From Sinorhizobium meliloti (GTDB taxonomy: Bacteria; Pseudomonadota; Alphaproteobacteria; Rhizobiales; Rhizobiaceae): a DNA stretch of 32,000 nucleotides. Within the stretch, counting starts at the first letter, position 1; each line of letters begins with the position of its first letter. The notes below the pieces were generated by a model. It did not search any database, was not told the DNA's origin, and was given only the letters and a program-made list of their open reading frames with translations. Positions 1 to 7,888 of the stretch are shown here, piece by piece. The position numbers and the translations under genes are program-made. The DNA is taken from assembly GCF_017876815.1 (NCBI RefSeq), contig NZ_JAGIOS010000001.1:1830001-1862000 (forward strand), read 5' to 3'.

Positions 1-671
1 TCGCCGACACGGCCATCGGCCTCCTCCTCAACACGCTGCGCCTCCTGCCGCAGGCCGAGCAATGGCTGCGCCAAGGCCGCTGGGTGCGCGAGGGGGCCTT
101 CCCGCTATCCCCGCTTTCGCTCCGCGGCCGTACGGTCGGGCTGTTCGGCCTCGGCCGGATCGGCCTCGCGATCGCACGGCGGCTCGAAGCCTTCGGCGTC
201 TCGATCGCCTACCACACGCGCACGCCGCGCGAAGGCCTCGGCTTCACCTATCATCCGACCCTCGTGGGTATGGCCGAGGCCGTCGACACGCTCATTGTCA
301 TCGTGCCCGGAACAGCGAGCACGCTGAAAGCGGTCAATGCCGATGTTCTTTCGGCGCTCGGCCCGAAGGGCGTGCTGATCAATGTGGGTCGCGGCTCGAC
401 GGTGGACGAGGCGGCGCTTGTCACCGCACTTCAGAACGGCACCATTGCCGGCGCCGGCCTCGACGTCTTCGAGAACGAGCCCAATGTTCCCGAGGCGCTG
501 CTTTCGTTTCCGAACGTCTCTCTGCTGCCGCATGTGGCGTCGGCCTCTGTCGTCACCCGCAACGCCATGTCCGATCTCGTCGTCGACAACCTGAAGGCAT
601 GGTTCTCGACCGGTGAAGCTTTGACACCGGTGGCCGAGACGCCGTTCCGGCGTAGAGCGATCCAAAACTAA
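1..671 (+). CDS. D-isomer-specific 2-hydroxyacid dehydrogenase (glyoxylate/hydroxypyruvate reductase-like), 5' end outside the window
   Basis: Frame 3 is open from nt 3 (ADTAIGLLLNTLRLLPQAEQWLRQGRW...), so the ORF-track GTG at 84 is internal. NAD-binding GLFGLGRIGLAIARRL (GxGxxG). Catalytic-region motifs NVGRGSTVDE and LLPHVASAS. Stop TAA 669-671. Confidence 0.85.
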   Translation, partial: ADTAIGLLLNTLRLLPQAEQWLRQGRWVREGAFPLSPLSLRGRTVGLFGLGRIGLAIARRLEAFGVSIAYHTRTPREGLGFTYHPTLVGMAEAVDTLIVIVPGTASTLKAVNADVLSALGPKGVLINVGRGSTVDEAALVTALQNGTIAGAGLDVFENEPNVPEALLSFPNVSLLPHVASASVVTRNAMSDLVVDNLKAWFSTGEALTPVAETPFRRRAIQN

Positions 672-1423
672 CTGGCCTTGCTCTCACAATAGGCGCGCGC
701 GGCATCGCCGAAGGCCTTGAAGAGCGCGGCCGACGGGGCGTCGGTCCGGACCCAGTATTCGGGATGCCACTGCACGCCGACGGCGAAGGCCTTGGCGCCG
801 ATGACCGAGACCGCCTCGATGGTCCCGTCGTCGGCCACGGCTTCGACCGCAAGGCGCGGAGCGGCGGCACCAATCGCCTGGCGATGCAGCGAATTGACCC
901 TTACGCGGCCGGTGCCGAGGACCGGGGCCAGACAGCTTCCTTCCTTCACGACCACATCCTGGCGAATGCCATAGGCGACATCGAGATCCGGAACCTCCGG
1001 CTTGCGATGGTCCCAGATGCCGGGCTGCTCCTGGATCTCGCTCGCAAGCGTGCCGCCAAGCGCGACATTGAGCTCCTGTATGCCGCGGCAGATCGCGAAC
1101 AGGGGGACGCCGCGGTCGAGTGCGCGGCGGATCAGCGGCAGGCTGGTCGCATCGCGGCCCGGGTCGAAAGGCCCGTCCGCTTCGCTCGCCTCCCTGCCAT
1201 AGAGCGAAGGGTGGACGTTGGAGCGGGCGCCGCTGGCGAGCACGCCGTCGACGCGGTCGAGAATCTCGTCCACATCGTTCCCGGCCTCCAGAGCGGGAAC
1301 GAGAAACACCATCAGCCCGGCGCCCTCGACCGCCGCGCGGACATATTGGTGGGCGGCAACATGCCAGACATTGCCGTCGAATTCGCGGAAATCGCAGGGG
1401 ATGGCAACGACAGGTTTCGACAT
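668..1423 (-). CDS. Class I glutamine amidotransferase / peptidase C26, gamma-glutamyl-GABA hydrolase (PuuD)-like
   Basis: 251-aa ORF. ATG at 1423 preceded by GGAG. Nucleophile-elbow motif FAICRGIQELNV and histidine motif GVQWHPEY, typical of the PuuD/C26 family. Confidence 0.8.
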   Translation of the reverse strand: MSKPVVAIPCDFREFDGNVWHVAAHQYVRAAVEGAGLMVFLVPALEAGNDVDEILDRVDGVLASGARSNVHPSLYGREASEADGPFDPGRDATSLPLIRRALDRGVPLFAICRGIQELNVALGGTLASEIQEQPGIWDHRKPEVPDLDVAYGIRQDVVVKEGSCLAPVLGTGRVRVNSLHRQAIGAAAPRLAVEAVADDGTIEAVSVIGAKAFAVGVQWHPEYWVRTDAPSAALFKAFGDAARAYCESKAS

Positions 1424-1644
1424 CGTCAGACTCCGGTTATTATCCGCTAAAGCCTTGCCGCCAGAACCCTCAAAAAGTCAACTGGGGGGAGCTCGGACAC
1501 CGTCGCCAGTCGGCGACTGTAACGTCGCGCATAGCACGGGGACACATATCCGAAACGCTGATACCGACAGGGGCCAATATCTGCCGGGGCAATCTTTCGT
1601 TAAGTCCTCGACCCTAACAATCCGGCAAACCGGAGCTTAGGTTC

Positions 1645-3966
1645 ATGACCCGCAATGAACGGGGCGCTCTTCCGGCAGACATCTATCTGTCGTTCGTAAG
1701 CTCGCTCTACCAGAATCGAGGGACGTTGGTGATCGGCATGCTATCGCATGTCGTGACCTTTCTGCTTGTCTTTCTGAAGACCTCCGACACGCTCTATCTC
1801 GGCTGCACCGTCGCGATCGTCGTCCTGTGGATCGTGCGCAATCTCGACATGATGCGCTTCGACCAGCTGGATCTGTCCGGGGCGGACTACGCGGCCATCA
1901 GAATGTGGGAGAACCGCTACATCGTCGGCGGCGTCGCCGTTACGCTGACCTGCGGCATCGCCTGCGGATATGCGATAGCGGTCACCCGGGACGTGTTTTC
2001 CCAGGTTGCATGCGTGTCGGTGACGCTTGCCTCGATGATCTCACTGGTGGGCCGCAACTACGGTTCCGAGCGGGCGGTACTGCTTCTGTCGTCTTCGGCC
2101 TGCCTGCCGATGATGATCGGCGCCCTGTCGCTGGGCGATCCCTTCATGGCCGTCCTCGCGGTTCTGATCGTGCCCTTCATCCTGACGACCTGGATGATGG
2201 CGAATAATGTGCGCGGCTATCTTTTCGAAAAAATCCTCGCAGCCCGGGACGAGAACGTCCTTGCGGCACTGGAAACGAAGACGATCGCGGGGCAGTTCGA
2301 CGCGGCACTCAACAACATGACTCACGGTCTTTTCATGCTGGACGACCGGCATCGCATCGTGGTGGCGAACGAGCGTGCCTGCGAACTTCTGCACCTAGGC
2401 GACAAGGCGCAACTCAAAGGTTGGCTGCTCGGTGATGTCCTCGAGCGCGGGAGCGATGCGCTGGCGCTCGACCCGGAAAGAAGCGACAGCATAGCGCGGC
2501 AGCTGGACCTGCTGATCGAGGGAAAGCGTTCGCGCGCGCTCGTCACCATATCGGAGGAGCTTCTTCTCGAATTCTCGGCGAACCGCCGCGAGAACGGCGA
2601 AATCGTTCTTATATTCGAAGACGTGACGGCGCGCGTTCAGGCAGAAAGGCAGGTTCTGCAGATGGTGCGCTTCGACACGCTCACCGGTCTGCCGAGCCGG
2701 GACTATTTCGCCGAGCTCACCCACAATGCGGTTGCGGCCGGCACGGCGCATGATCGCGACATCGGCCTCCTGCTCGTAGACATCGCCGAATTCAAGCACG
2801 TCAATGACACGAGAGGCCACGTCGCCGGCGACAAGCTTCTTCAGGCCATCGCCGATCGTCTCAAGGGTCTCGCAGGCAGTGAGGCGATCGCCGCCCGGCT
2901 GATGGGCGACGAGTTCGTCGTGTTCTTTCATAACAGGGTGGGCCGTTCCGGTCTGGAGGAACGGATTCGCGCCGTCCATGCGAAGCTGCACGGCACCTAT
3001 ATGGCCGACGGTTTCACCTTCAACATGGCGATGAATGCCGGATTCGTCATTGTGAGGAAGAGCGAATTCCGGTTAGAGGAACTACAGATCAAGGCCGATC
3101 TGGCGCTATCCGAGGCCAAGGCCCGAAACAACGGCGGCTGCACCGCCTTCGAGGCCGAGATGGAAGGGCGCTACCTCGACCGCCAGAAGCTCAAGAGCGA
3201 CCTGCGCGAAGCGATTGGGAGAGGCGATCTCAGCCTTGCCTACCAGCCGATGTTCACGCCGGATGGATCGCGTGTCGTAAGCTGCGAAGCGCTGGCGCGC
3301 TGGACTCATCCGGAGCGCGGCCCAGTCCCGCCCGACATTTTCATCCAGCTTGCCGAAGAGATGGGGCTTGTCACGGACATAACGCGCTTCGTTGTGCGGC
3401 ATGCCTGCCGCGATTGTCTGACTTGGCCGGCCGAGGTGGCGGTTTCGGTCAATCTCTCCGTTCTCGACCTTCACGGGGACGAGATCGTCGCGATCGTGGC
3501 GGAAGCACTTGCAGAGAGCGGCCTCAACCCCGCCCGCTTGCATCTCGAAGTCACCGAAAGCTGCCTGATGGACGAGCCCGTCAAGGTCCAGGCCGTGCTT
3601 CGGGAGCTGCGCGAGCGCGGCATGGCGATCGCGATAGACGATTTCGGAACCGGTTATTCGAGCCTCAGCTACCTCGATGCGCTTCCGGTCAGCATCATCA
3701 AGGTCGACCGGTCCTTCGTGCGCGACATCCATGTGAATTCCCGGCGCTTCAAACTCCTGCTCGGCACGGTCAATCTTGCCCGCGCCCTGGAGCTCAAGGC
3801 GGTCGTCGAGGGGGTCGAGACGGCCGAACAGCTGCAGCTCATAAACGAGCACAATTGCGCCGATCTGATCCAGGGCTTTGTCTTCGCTGCCCCAATGCCC
3901 GCCTCTGCCGTGGCCGTCCTGTGCGGGCATGGCATGCCGGAACCGGTTGCGGAGCGGACCGCCTGA
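1645..3966 (+). CDS. Membrane-anchored PAS-GGDEF-EAL cyclic-di-GMP signalling protein (EAL intact, GGDEF site degenerate)
   Basis: 773-aa ORF, ATG 1645 with GGAG upstream. N-terminal ~190 aa contain 5-6 hydrophobic helices. PAS-like segment LNNMTHGLFMLDDRHRIVVANERACELL. GGDEF domain RFDTLTGLPSRDYF...LMGDEFVVFF. EAL domain CEALARW, DDFGTGYSSLSYL, IKVDRSFV, EGVET. Confidence 0.9.
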   Translation: MTRNERGALPADIYLSFVSSLYQNRGTLVIGMLSHVVTFLLVFLKTSDTLYLGCTVAIVVLWIVRNLDMMRFDQLDLSGADYAAIRMWENRYIVGGVAVTLTCGIACGYAIAVTRDVFSQVACVSVTLASMISLVGRNYGSERAVLLLSSSACLPMMIGALSLGDPFMAVLAVLIVPFILTTWMMANNVRGYLFEKILAARDENVLAALETKTIAGQFDAALNNMTHGLFMLDDRHRIVVANERACELLHLGDKAQLKGWLLGDVLERGSDALALDPERSDSIARQLDLLIEGKRSRALVTISEELLLEFSANRRENGEIVLIFEDVTARVQAERQVLQMVRFDTLTGLPSRDYFAELTHNAVAAGTAHDRDIGLLLVDIAEFKHVNDTRGHVAGDKLLQAIADRLKGLAGSEAIAARLMGDEFVVFFHNRVGRSGLEERIRAVHAKLHGTYMADGFTFNMAMNAGFVIVRKSEFRLEELQIKADLALSEAKARNNGGCTAFEAEMEGRYLDRQKLKSDLREAIGRGDLSLAYQPMFTPDGSRVVSCEALARWTHPERGPVPPDIFIQLAEEMGLVTDITRFVVRHACRDCLTWPAEVAVSVNLSVLDLHGDEIVAIVAEALAESGLNPARLHLEVTESCLMDEPVKVQAVLRELRERGMAIAIDDFGTGYSSLSYLDALPVSIIKVDRSFVRDIHVNSRRFKLLLGTVNLARALELKAVVEGVETAEQLQLINEHNCADLIQGFVFAAPMPASAVAVLCGHGMPEPVAERTA

Positions 3967-4168
3967 CGCCTTTCGGCGCAATGTCGCCCCTGCGCCGGCC
4001 GCACTAACGATTATGCCGCAGGGCTCGCGGGGCGGTTTTCGTTGCGAAGGGGCGGCGCATTGTGTATGCGGAGCCAAAGGAACCGATTGCGCCCCGCGGG
4101 CAAGCGGTCATGGGTGGATAAGACAGGGCCGCCATCGGCGGTGCCGCAGAATTTTGGAGAATTGGACG

Positions 4169-4393
4169 ATGGCAGAGCATCATTCGGGACCGGTCGAAAC
4201 GGGCGCTCCGATGGACTATTCCGAGCATGAGAAGACATATGATTTCTTCATCAGCGCCACGAAATACGGCACTCTGTTTTGCGTCGCGCTGCTGATTGCG
4301 ATGGCTGCTGCTTTCTTCACGACGATGGGCTTTTTCAGCTCGCTCGTTCTTTTCATTCTCATCAACGTTGCCGGTTACTTCTTTCTTCGCTGA
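4169..4393 (+). CDS. Small (74 aa) two-helix membrane protein, aa3-type cytochrome c oxidase subunit IV-like family
   Basis: ATG 4169 lies 8 nt after GGAGA (4156-4160). MAEHHSGPVETGAPMDYSEHEKTYDFFISATKYGTLFCVALLIAMA resembles my recollection of Paracoccus COX subunit IV (HH...MD..H..T...F). Followed by a second hydrophobic helix. The longer ORF-track start at 3878 is Arg/Pro-rich and implausible. Confidence 0.65.
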   Translation: MAEHHSGPVETGAPMDYSEHEKTYDFFISATKYGTLFCVALLIAMAAAFFTTMGFFSSLVLFILINVAGYFFLR

Positions 4394-4418
4394 CCGGCGT
4401 CGCTGATCCGTCCCGCCG

Positions 4419-4446
4419 AAGATGGGGAGGGGGTCCCCATCTTTGT
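4419..4446 (+). terminator. Candidate stem-loop/weak intrinsic terminator after the small membrane protein gene
   Basis: AAGATGGGGA-GGGGG-TCCCCATCTT forms a 10-bp stem (4419-4428 / 4434-4443) with a 5-nt loop, followed by TGT. The T-tract is short and partly inside the stem. Confidence 0.35.
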
Positions 4447-4710
4447 CGCGGGCCGATCGAGTTTTCCCGCACCACGTGGGAGTATCGTCTCGGCGGCGGA
4501 TGTTTCCGCCCCGCAGGAGGAGTTCTGTCGCTACGACGATGCGCCCAGGGTGCACTAAGGTCGCTGTAGCGCATTGAGGTGCCGCATGGTTCTCTCCCGA
4601 AATCGGCTCGATTCGGGGACCGTGTGAGTGAAGAGGCGGCGTGCAATGCTGTCGCCTGGAGGACAACGTCCGCAACCCGGCCAGCCGGGGCGGACCGGGG
4701 AGGGGGATTT

Positions 4711-5859
4711 GTGAGCGAGATCGTCTTTATCGCCAAGGAATCGGATCCGAACGAGGGACGTGTTGCCGGTTCCGTCGAAAGCGTGAAAAAACTGAAGTCG
4801 CTTGGCTTCGACGTGGTTGTCGAAGCGGGTGCCGGCCTCGGTTCACGCATACCCGATCAGGAATACGAGAAGGCCGGTGCGCGTGTCGGTACGGCGGCGG
4901 ATGCGAAAACCGCCGACGTGATCCTCAAGGTCCGTCGGCCGAGTGCGCAGGAGATTTCCGGCTACCGGTCCGGCGCTGTCGTCATCGCCATCATGGACCC
5001 TTACGGTAACGAGGAAGCGATATCGGCCATGGCCGGCGCGGGCCTCACAACCTTCGCCATGGAGCTGATGCCGCGCATCACCCGCGCCCAATCCATGGAC
5101 GTGCTTTCCAGCCAGGCAAACCTTGCCGGTTATCAGGCGGTGATCGACGCCGCCTACGAATATGACCGCGCGCTGCCGATGATGATGACCGCTGCCGGCA
5201 CCGTGCCGGCGGCCAAGATCTTCGTCATGGGCGCGGGCGTTGCCGGCCTGCAGGCGATCGCTACCGCCCGCCGCCTGGGCGCGGTCGTCTCGGCGACGGA
5301 CGTTCGCCCCGCCGCAAAGGAGCAGGTAGCCTCTCTCGGCGCCAAGTTCATCGCCGTCGAGGACGAGGAGTTCAAGGCGGCCGAGACCGCCGGCGGCTAT
5401 GCCAAGGAAATGTCCGGGGAGTATCAGGTCAAGCAGGCGGCGCTCGTCGCCGAGCACATTGCCAAGCAGGACATCGTCATCACCACGGCGCTGATCCCCG
5501 GCCGTCCGGCGCCGCGGCTCGTGACCCGCGAAATGCTCGATTCCATGAAGCCCGGATCGGTCGTCGTCGACCTCGCGGTCGAGCGCGGCGGCAATATCGA
5601 GGGGGCCGAAGCCGGCAAGGTGACGGAGGTCGGGGGCGTCAGGATCGTCGGCCATCTGAACGTGGCGGGCCGCATCGCCGCTTCCGCCTCGCTGCTCTAC
5701 GCCAAGAACCTCGTGACCTTCCTGGAGACGATGGTCTCGAAGGAGACGAAGGCGCTGGCATTGAACATGGAGGATGAACTCGTCAAGGCCACGGCGCTGA
5801 CCCATGGCGGGGCAGTCGTGCACCCGGCCTTCGGTGGTGCCATGAGGGGGGAGAAGTAA
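4711..5859 (+). CDS. pntAA: NAD(P) transhydrogenase alpha subunit part 1 (dI, NAD(H)-binding)
   Basis: GTG 4711 preceded by [29 protein letters not shown]... lines up from residue 1 with Rhodospirillum-type PntAA as I recall it. Motifs [25 protein letters not shown] and [18 protein letters not shown]. The ORF-track start at 4579 adds 44 residues with no family counterpart. Confidence 0.9.
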   Translation: MSEIVFIAKESDPNEGRVAGSVESVKKLKSLGFDVVVEAGAGLGSRIPDQEYEKAGARVGTAADAKTADVILKVRRPSAQEISGYRSGAVVIAIMDPYGNEEAISAMAGAGLTTFAMELMPRITRAQSMDVLSSQANLAGYQAVIDAAYEYDRALPMMMTAAGTVPAAKIFVMGAGVAGLQAIATARRLGAVVSATDVRPAAKEQVASLGAKFIAVEDEEFKAAETAGGYAKEMSGEYQVKQAALVAEHIAKQDIVITTALIPGRPAPRLVTREMLDSMKPGSVVVDLAVERGGNIEGAEAGKVTEVGGVRIVGHLNVAGRIAASASLLYAKNLVTFLETMVSKETKALALNMEDELVKATALTHGGAVVHPAFGGAMRGEK

Positions 5860-5860
5860 G

Positions 5861-6271
5861 ATGGCAAACGAACTTCTGGACAAGGCACTGACCGATCTCG
5901 AGCGGGCGGTCGAGGCGGTGAAGACCGCCGCCGAATACGTGCCCGATGCGGCCGGAGCGGTGGCGCATGGCGCGACCGGCGGCGCGATCGATCCCTTCGT
6001 CTTCCGCCTCGCGATCTTCGTGCTGGCCATCTTCGTCGGCTACTACGTCGTCTGGTCGGTGACGCCGGCGCTGCATACGCCCCTGATGGCGGTGACCAAT
6101 GCGATCTCGTCGGTGATCGTCGTCGGCGCCTTGCTCGCGGTCGGGATCTCCGCCTCGGGGCTTGCCACCGGCTTCGGCTTCGTCGCACTGGTACTTGCTT
6201 CGGTGAACATCTTCGGCGGTTTCCTGGTCACCCAGCGCATGCTCGCCATGTACAAGAAAAAAGAAAAGTGA
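5861..6271 (+). CDS. pntAB: NAD(P) transhydrogenase alpha subunit part 2 (membrane dII segment)
   Basis: 136-aa ORF starting 2 nt after the pntAA stop. Hydrophobic helices with [25 protein letters not shown], typical of PntAB. Confidence 0.9.
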   Translation: MANELLDKALTDLERAVEAVKTAAEYVPDAAGAVAHGATGGAIDPFVFRLAIFVLAIFVGYYVVWSVTPALHTPLMAVTNAISSVIVVGALLAVGISASGLATGFGFVALVLASVNIFGGFLVTQRMLAMYKKKEK

Positions 6272-6280
6272 GGCGGGCCG

Positions 6281-7681
6281 ATGAACGCTAATTTCGCTGC
6301 CTTCCTCTATCTCGTCTCGGGCGTGCTCTTCATCATGGCACTGCGCGGCCTGTCGCATCCGACCACCAGCCGCAAGGGCAATACCTACGGCATGGTCGGC
6401 ATGGGCATCGCGATCGTTACGACGCTGTTCCTGGCACAGCCGTCGATCGGCGGGTTTCTCCTGATCGTCGCCGGTCTTGCGGTCGGCGGCGGTGCCGGCG
6501 CCTATATCGCAAAGCGCATCCCGATGACGGCGATGCCGCAGCTCGTGGCAGGCTTTCACTCGCTCGTCGGTCTCGCAGCCGTTCTGGTGGCGGCCGCCGC
6601 ACTCTATGCCCCGTCCTCCTTCGGCATCGGCGAGGTCGGCTCGATCCCCGCGCAGGCGCTGGTCGAAATGGCGCTCGGCGTGGCGATCGGCGCCATCACC
6701 TTCACGGGCTCGATCATCGCCTTCCTGAAGCTGGACGGTCGCATGTCCGGGAAGCCTATCCTTCTGCCCTACCGCCACGCGATCAATCTCGCGCTTGCCG
6801 CGCTCGTCGTCTTCTTCATCATCGGGCTGGCGCTCAGCGAAAGCCATTTCGACTTCTGGGCGATCGTCGCGCTGTCGCTGGCGCTCGGCGTGCTGATCAT
6901 CGTTCCGATCGGCGGCGCGGACATGCCGGTCGTCGTGTCGATGCTGAACTCCTATTCCGGCTGGGCGGCGGCCGGCATCGGCTTCACGCTCGGCAACCTG
7001 GCGCTCATCATAACCGGGGCGCTCGTCGGCTCGTCGGGTGCGATCCTCTCCTACATCATGTGCAAGGGCATGAACCGGTCCTTCATCTCGGTGATCCTGG
7101 GCGGCTTCGGCGGCGAGACGGCGGCTGCCGGCGGCGACGACGGAGTCCAGAGGACGGTGAAACAGGGCTCGGCCGACGACGCCGCCTTCCTGATGCAGAA
7201 CGCCTCGAAAGTGATCATCGTGCCGGGCTACGGCATGGCGGTCGCCCAGGCACAGCACGCGCTCCGGGAGCTTGCCGACAAGCTCAAGGAGAACGGCGTC
7301 GAGGTGAAATACGCGATCCACCCGGTCGCCGGCCGCATGCCCGGTCATATGAACGTGCTGCTCGCCGAAGCGAACGTCCCCTATGACGAGGTGTTCGAAC
7401 TGGAGGACATCAATTCGGAATTCGCCCAGGCCGACGTCGCCTATGTCATAGGCGCCAACGACGTCACCAATCCGGCGGCCCGCGACGACAAGTCCTCGCC
7501 GATCTACGGCATGCCGATCCTCGACGTCGACAAGGCCAAGACCTGCCTCTTCGTCAAACGTTCGCTCGGCTCCGGCTATGCCGGCATCGACAACACGCTG
7601 TTCTACAAGGACGGCACGATGATGCTGCTCGGCGACGCCAAGAAGATGACCGAAGAGATCGTCAAGGCGATCAATCACTGA
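6281..7681 (+). CDS. pntB: NAD(P) transhydrogenase beta subunit (dII + NADP(H)-binding dIII)
   Basis: 466-aa ORF with a multi-helix N-terminal half. C-terminal dIII motifs VIIVPGYGMAVAQAQH, HPVAGRMPGHMNVLLAEA and GANDVTNPAA. Confidence 0.95.
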   Translation: MNANFAAFLYLVSGVLFIMALRGLSHPTTSRKGNTYGMVGMGIAIVTTLFLAQPSIGGFLLIVAGLAVGGGAGAYIAKRIPMTAMPQLVAGFHSLVGLAAVLVAAAALYAPSSFGIGEVGSIPAQALVEMALGVAIGAITFTGSIIAFLKLDGRMSGKPILLPYRHAINLALAALVVFFIIGLALSESHFDFWAIVALSLALGVLIIVPIGGADMPVVVSMLNSYSGWAAAGIGFTLGNLALIITGALVGSSGAILSYIMCKGMNRSFISVILGGFGGETAAAGGDDGVQRTVKQGSADDAAFLMQNASKVIIVPGYGMAVAQAQHALRELADKLKENGVEVKYAIHPVAGRMPGHMNVLLAEANVPYDEVFELEDINSEFAQADVAYVIGANDVTNPAARDDKSSPIYGMPILDVDKAKTCLFVKRSLGSGYAGIDNTLFYKDGTMMLLGDAKKMTEEIVKAINH

Positions 7682-7695
7682 GGGGAGCGAGGCCG

Positions 7696-7844
7696 GCCCC
7701 TCATCCGGCTGCCGCCACCTTCTCCCCGCAGGCGGGGAGAAGGGATATGCCGCGCCCGCTGGGCATTCCCGTCCCGGATGGGAACCGAAACACCCAATGG
7801 CGTCCCCTCTCCCCGCCTGCGGGGAGAGGGTTAGGGTGAGGGGC
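7696..7844. repeat. Composite palindromic intergenic element (REP/RIME/MITE-like), copy A
   Basis: Left arm 7696-7745: GCCCCTCATCCGGCTGCCGCCACCTTCTCCCCGC-AGGC-GGGGAGAAGGGA. Right arm 7803-7844 is an inverted, shortened version; its reverse complement reads GCCCCTCACCCTAACCCTCTCCCCGCAGGCGGGGAGAGGGGA. Each arm carries a CTCCCCGC-N4-GCGGGGAG hairpin. 7696-7729 is identical to the reverse complement of 16963-16996. Confidence 0.8.
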
Positions 7845-7888
7845 TTTCGTGCCGTGAACCGGCTATCGTCACCGTATCTCGGCTCCGC

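Noticed and set aside
4579-4710. N-terminal 44-aa extension of pntAA from the ORF-track GTG at 4579
   Set aside because: The extension has no counterpart in PntAA proteins. The GTG at 4711 has a strong GGGGAGGGGG Shine-Dalgarno sequence and aligns with the family N-terminus.
5783-7678. 631-aa ORF antisense to pntB/pntAB. Similar long antisense ORFs occur at 4843-6030, 11556-12824, 17270-18397, 19839-21500, 22042-23997 and 26512-28005.
   Set aside because: All are shadow ORFs opposite confidently identified genes. They are Arg/Asp/Gly/His-rich and have no ribosome-binding sites or family signatures.
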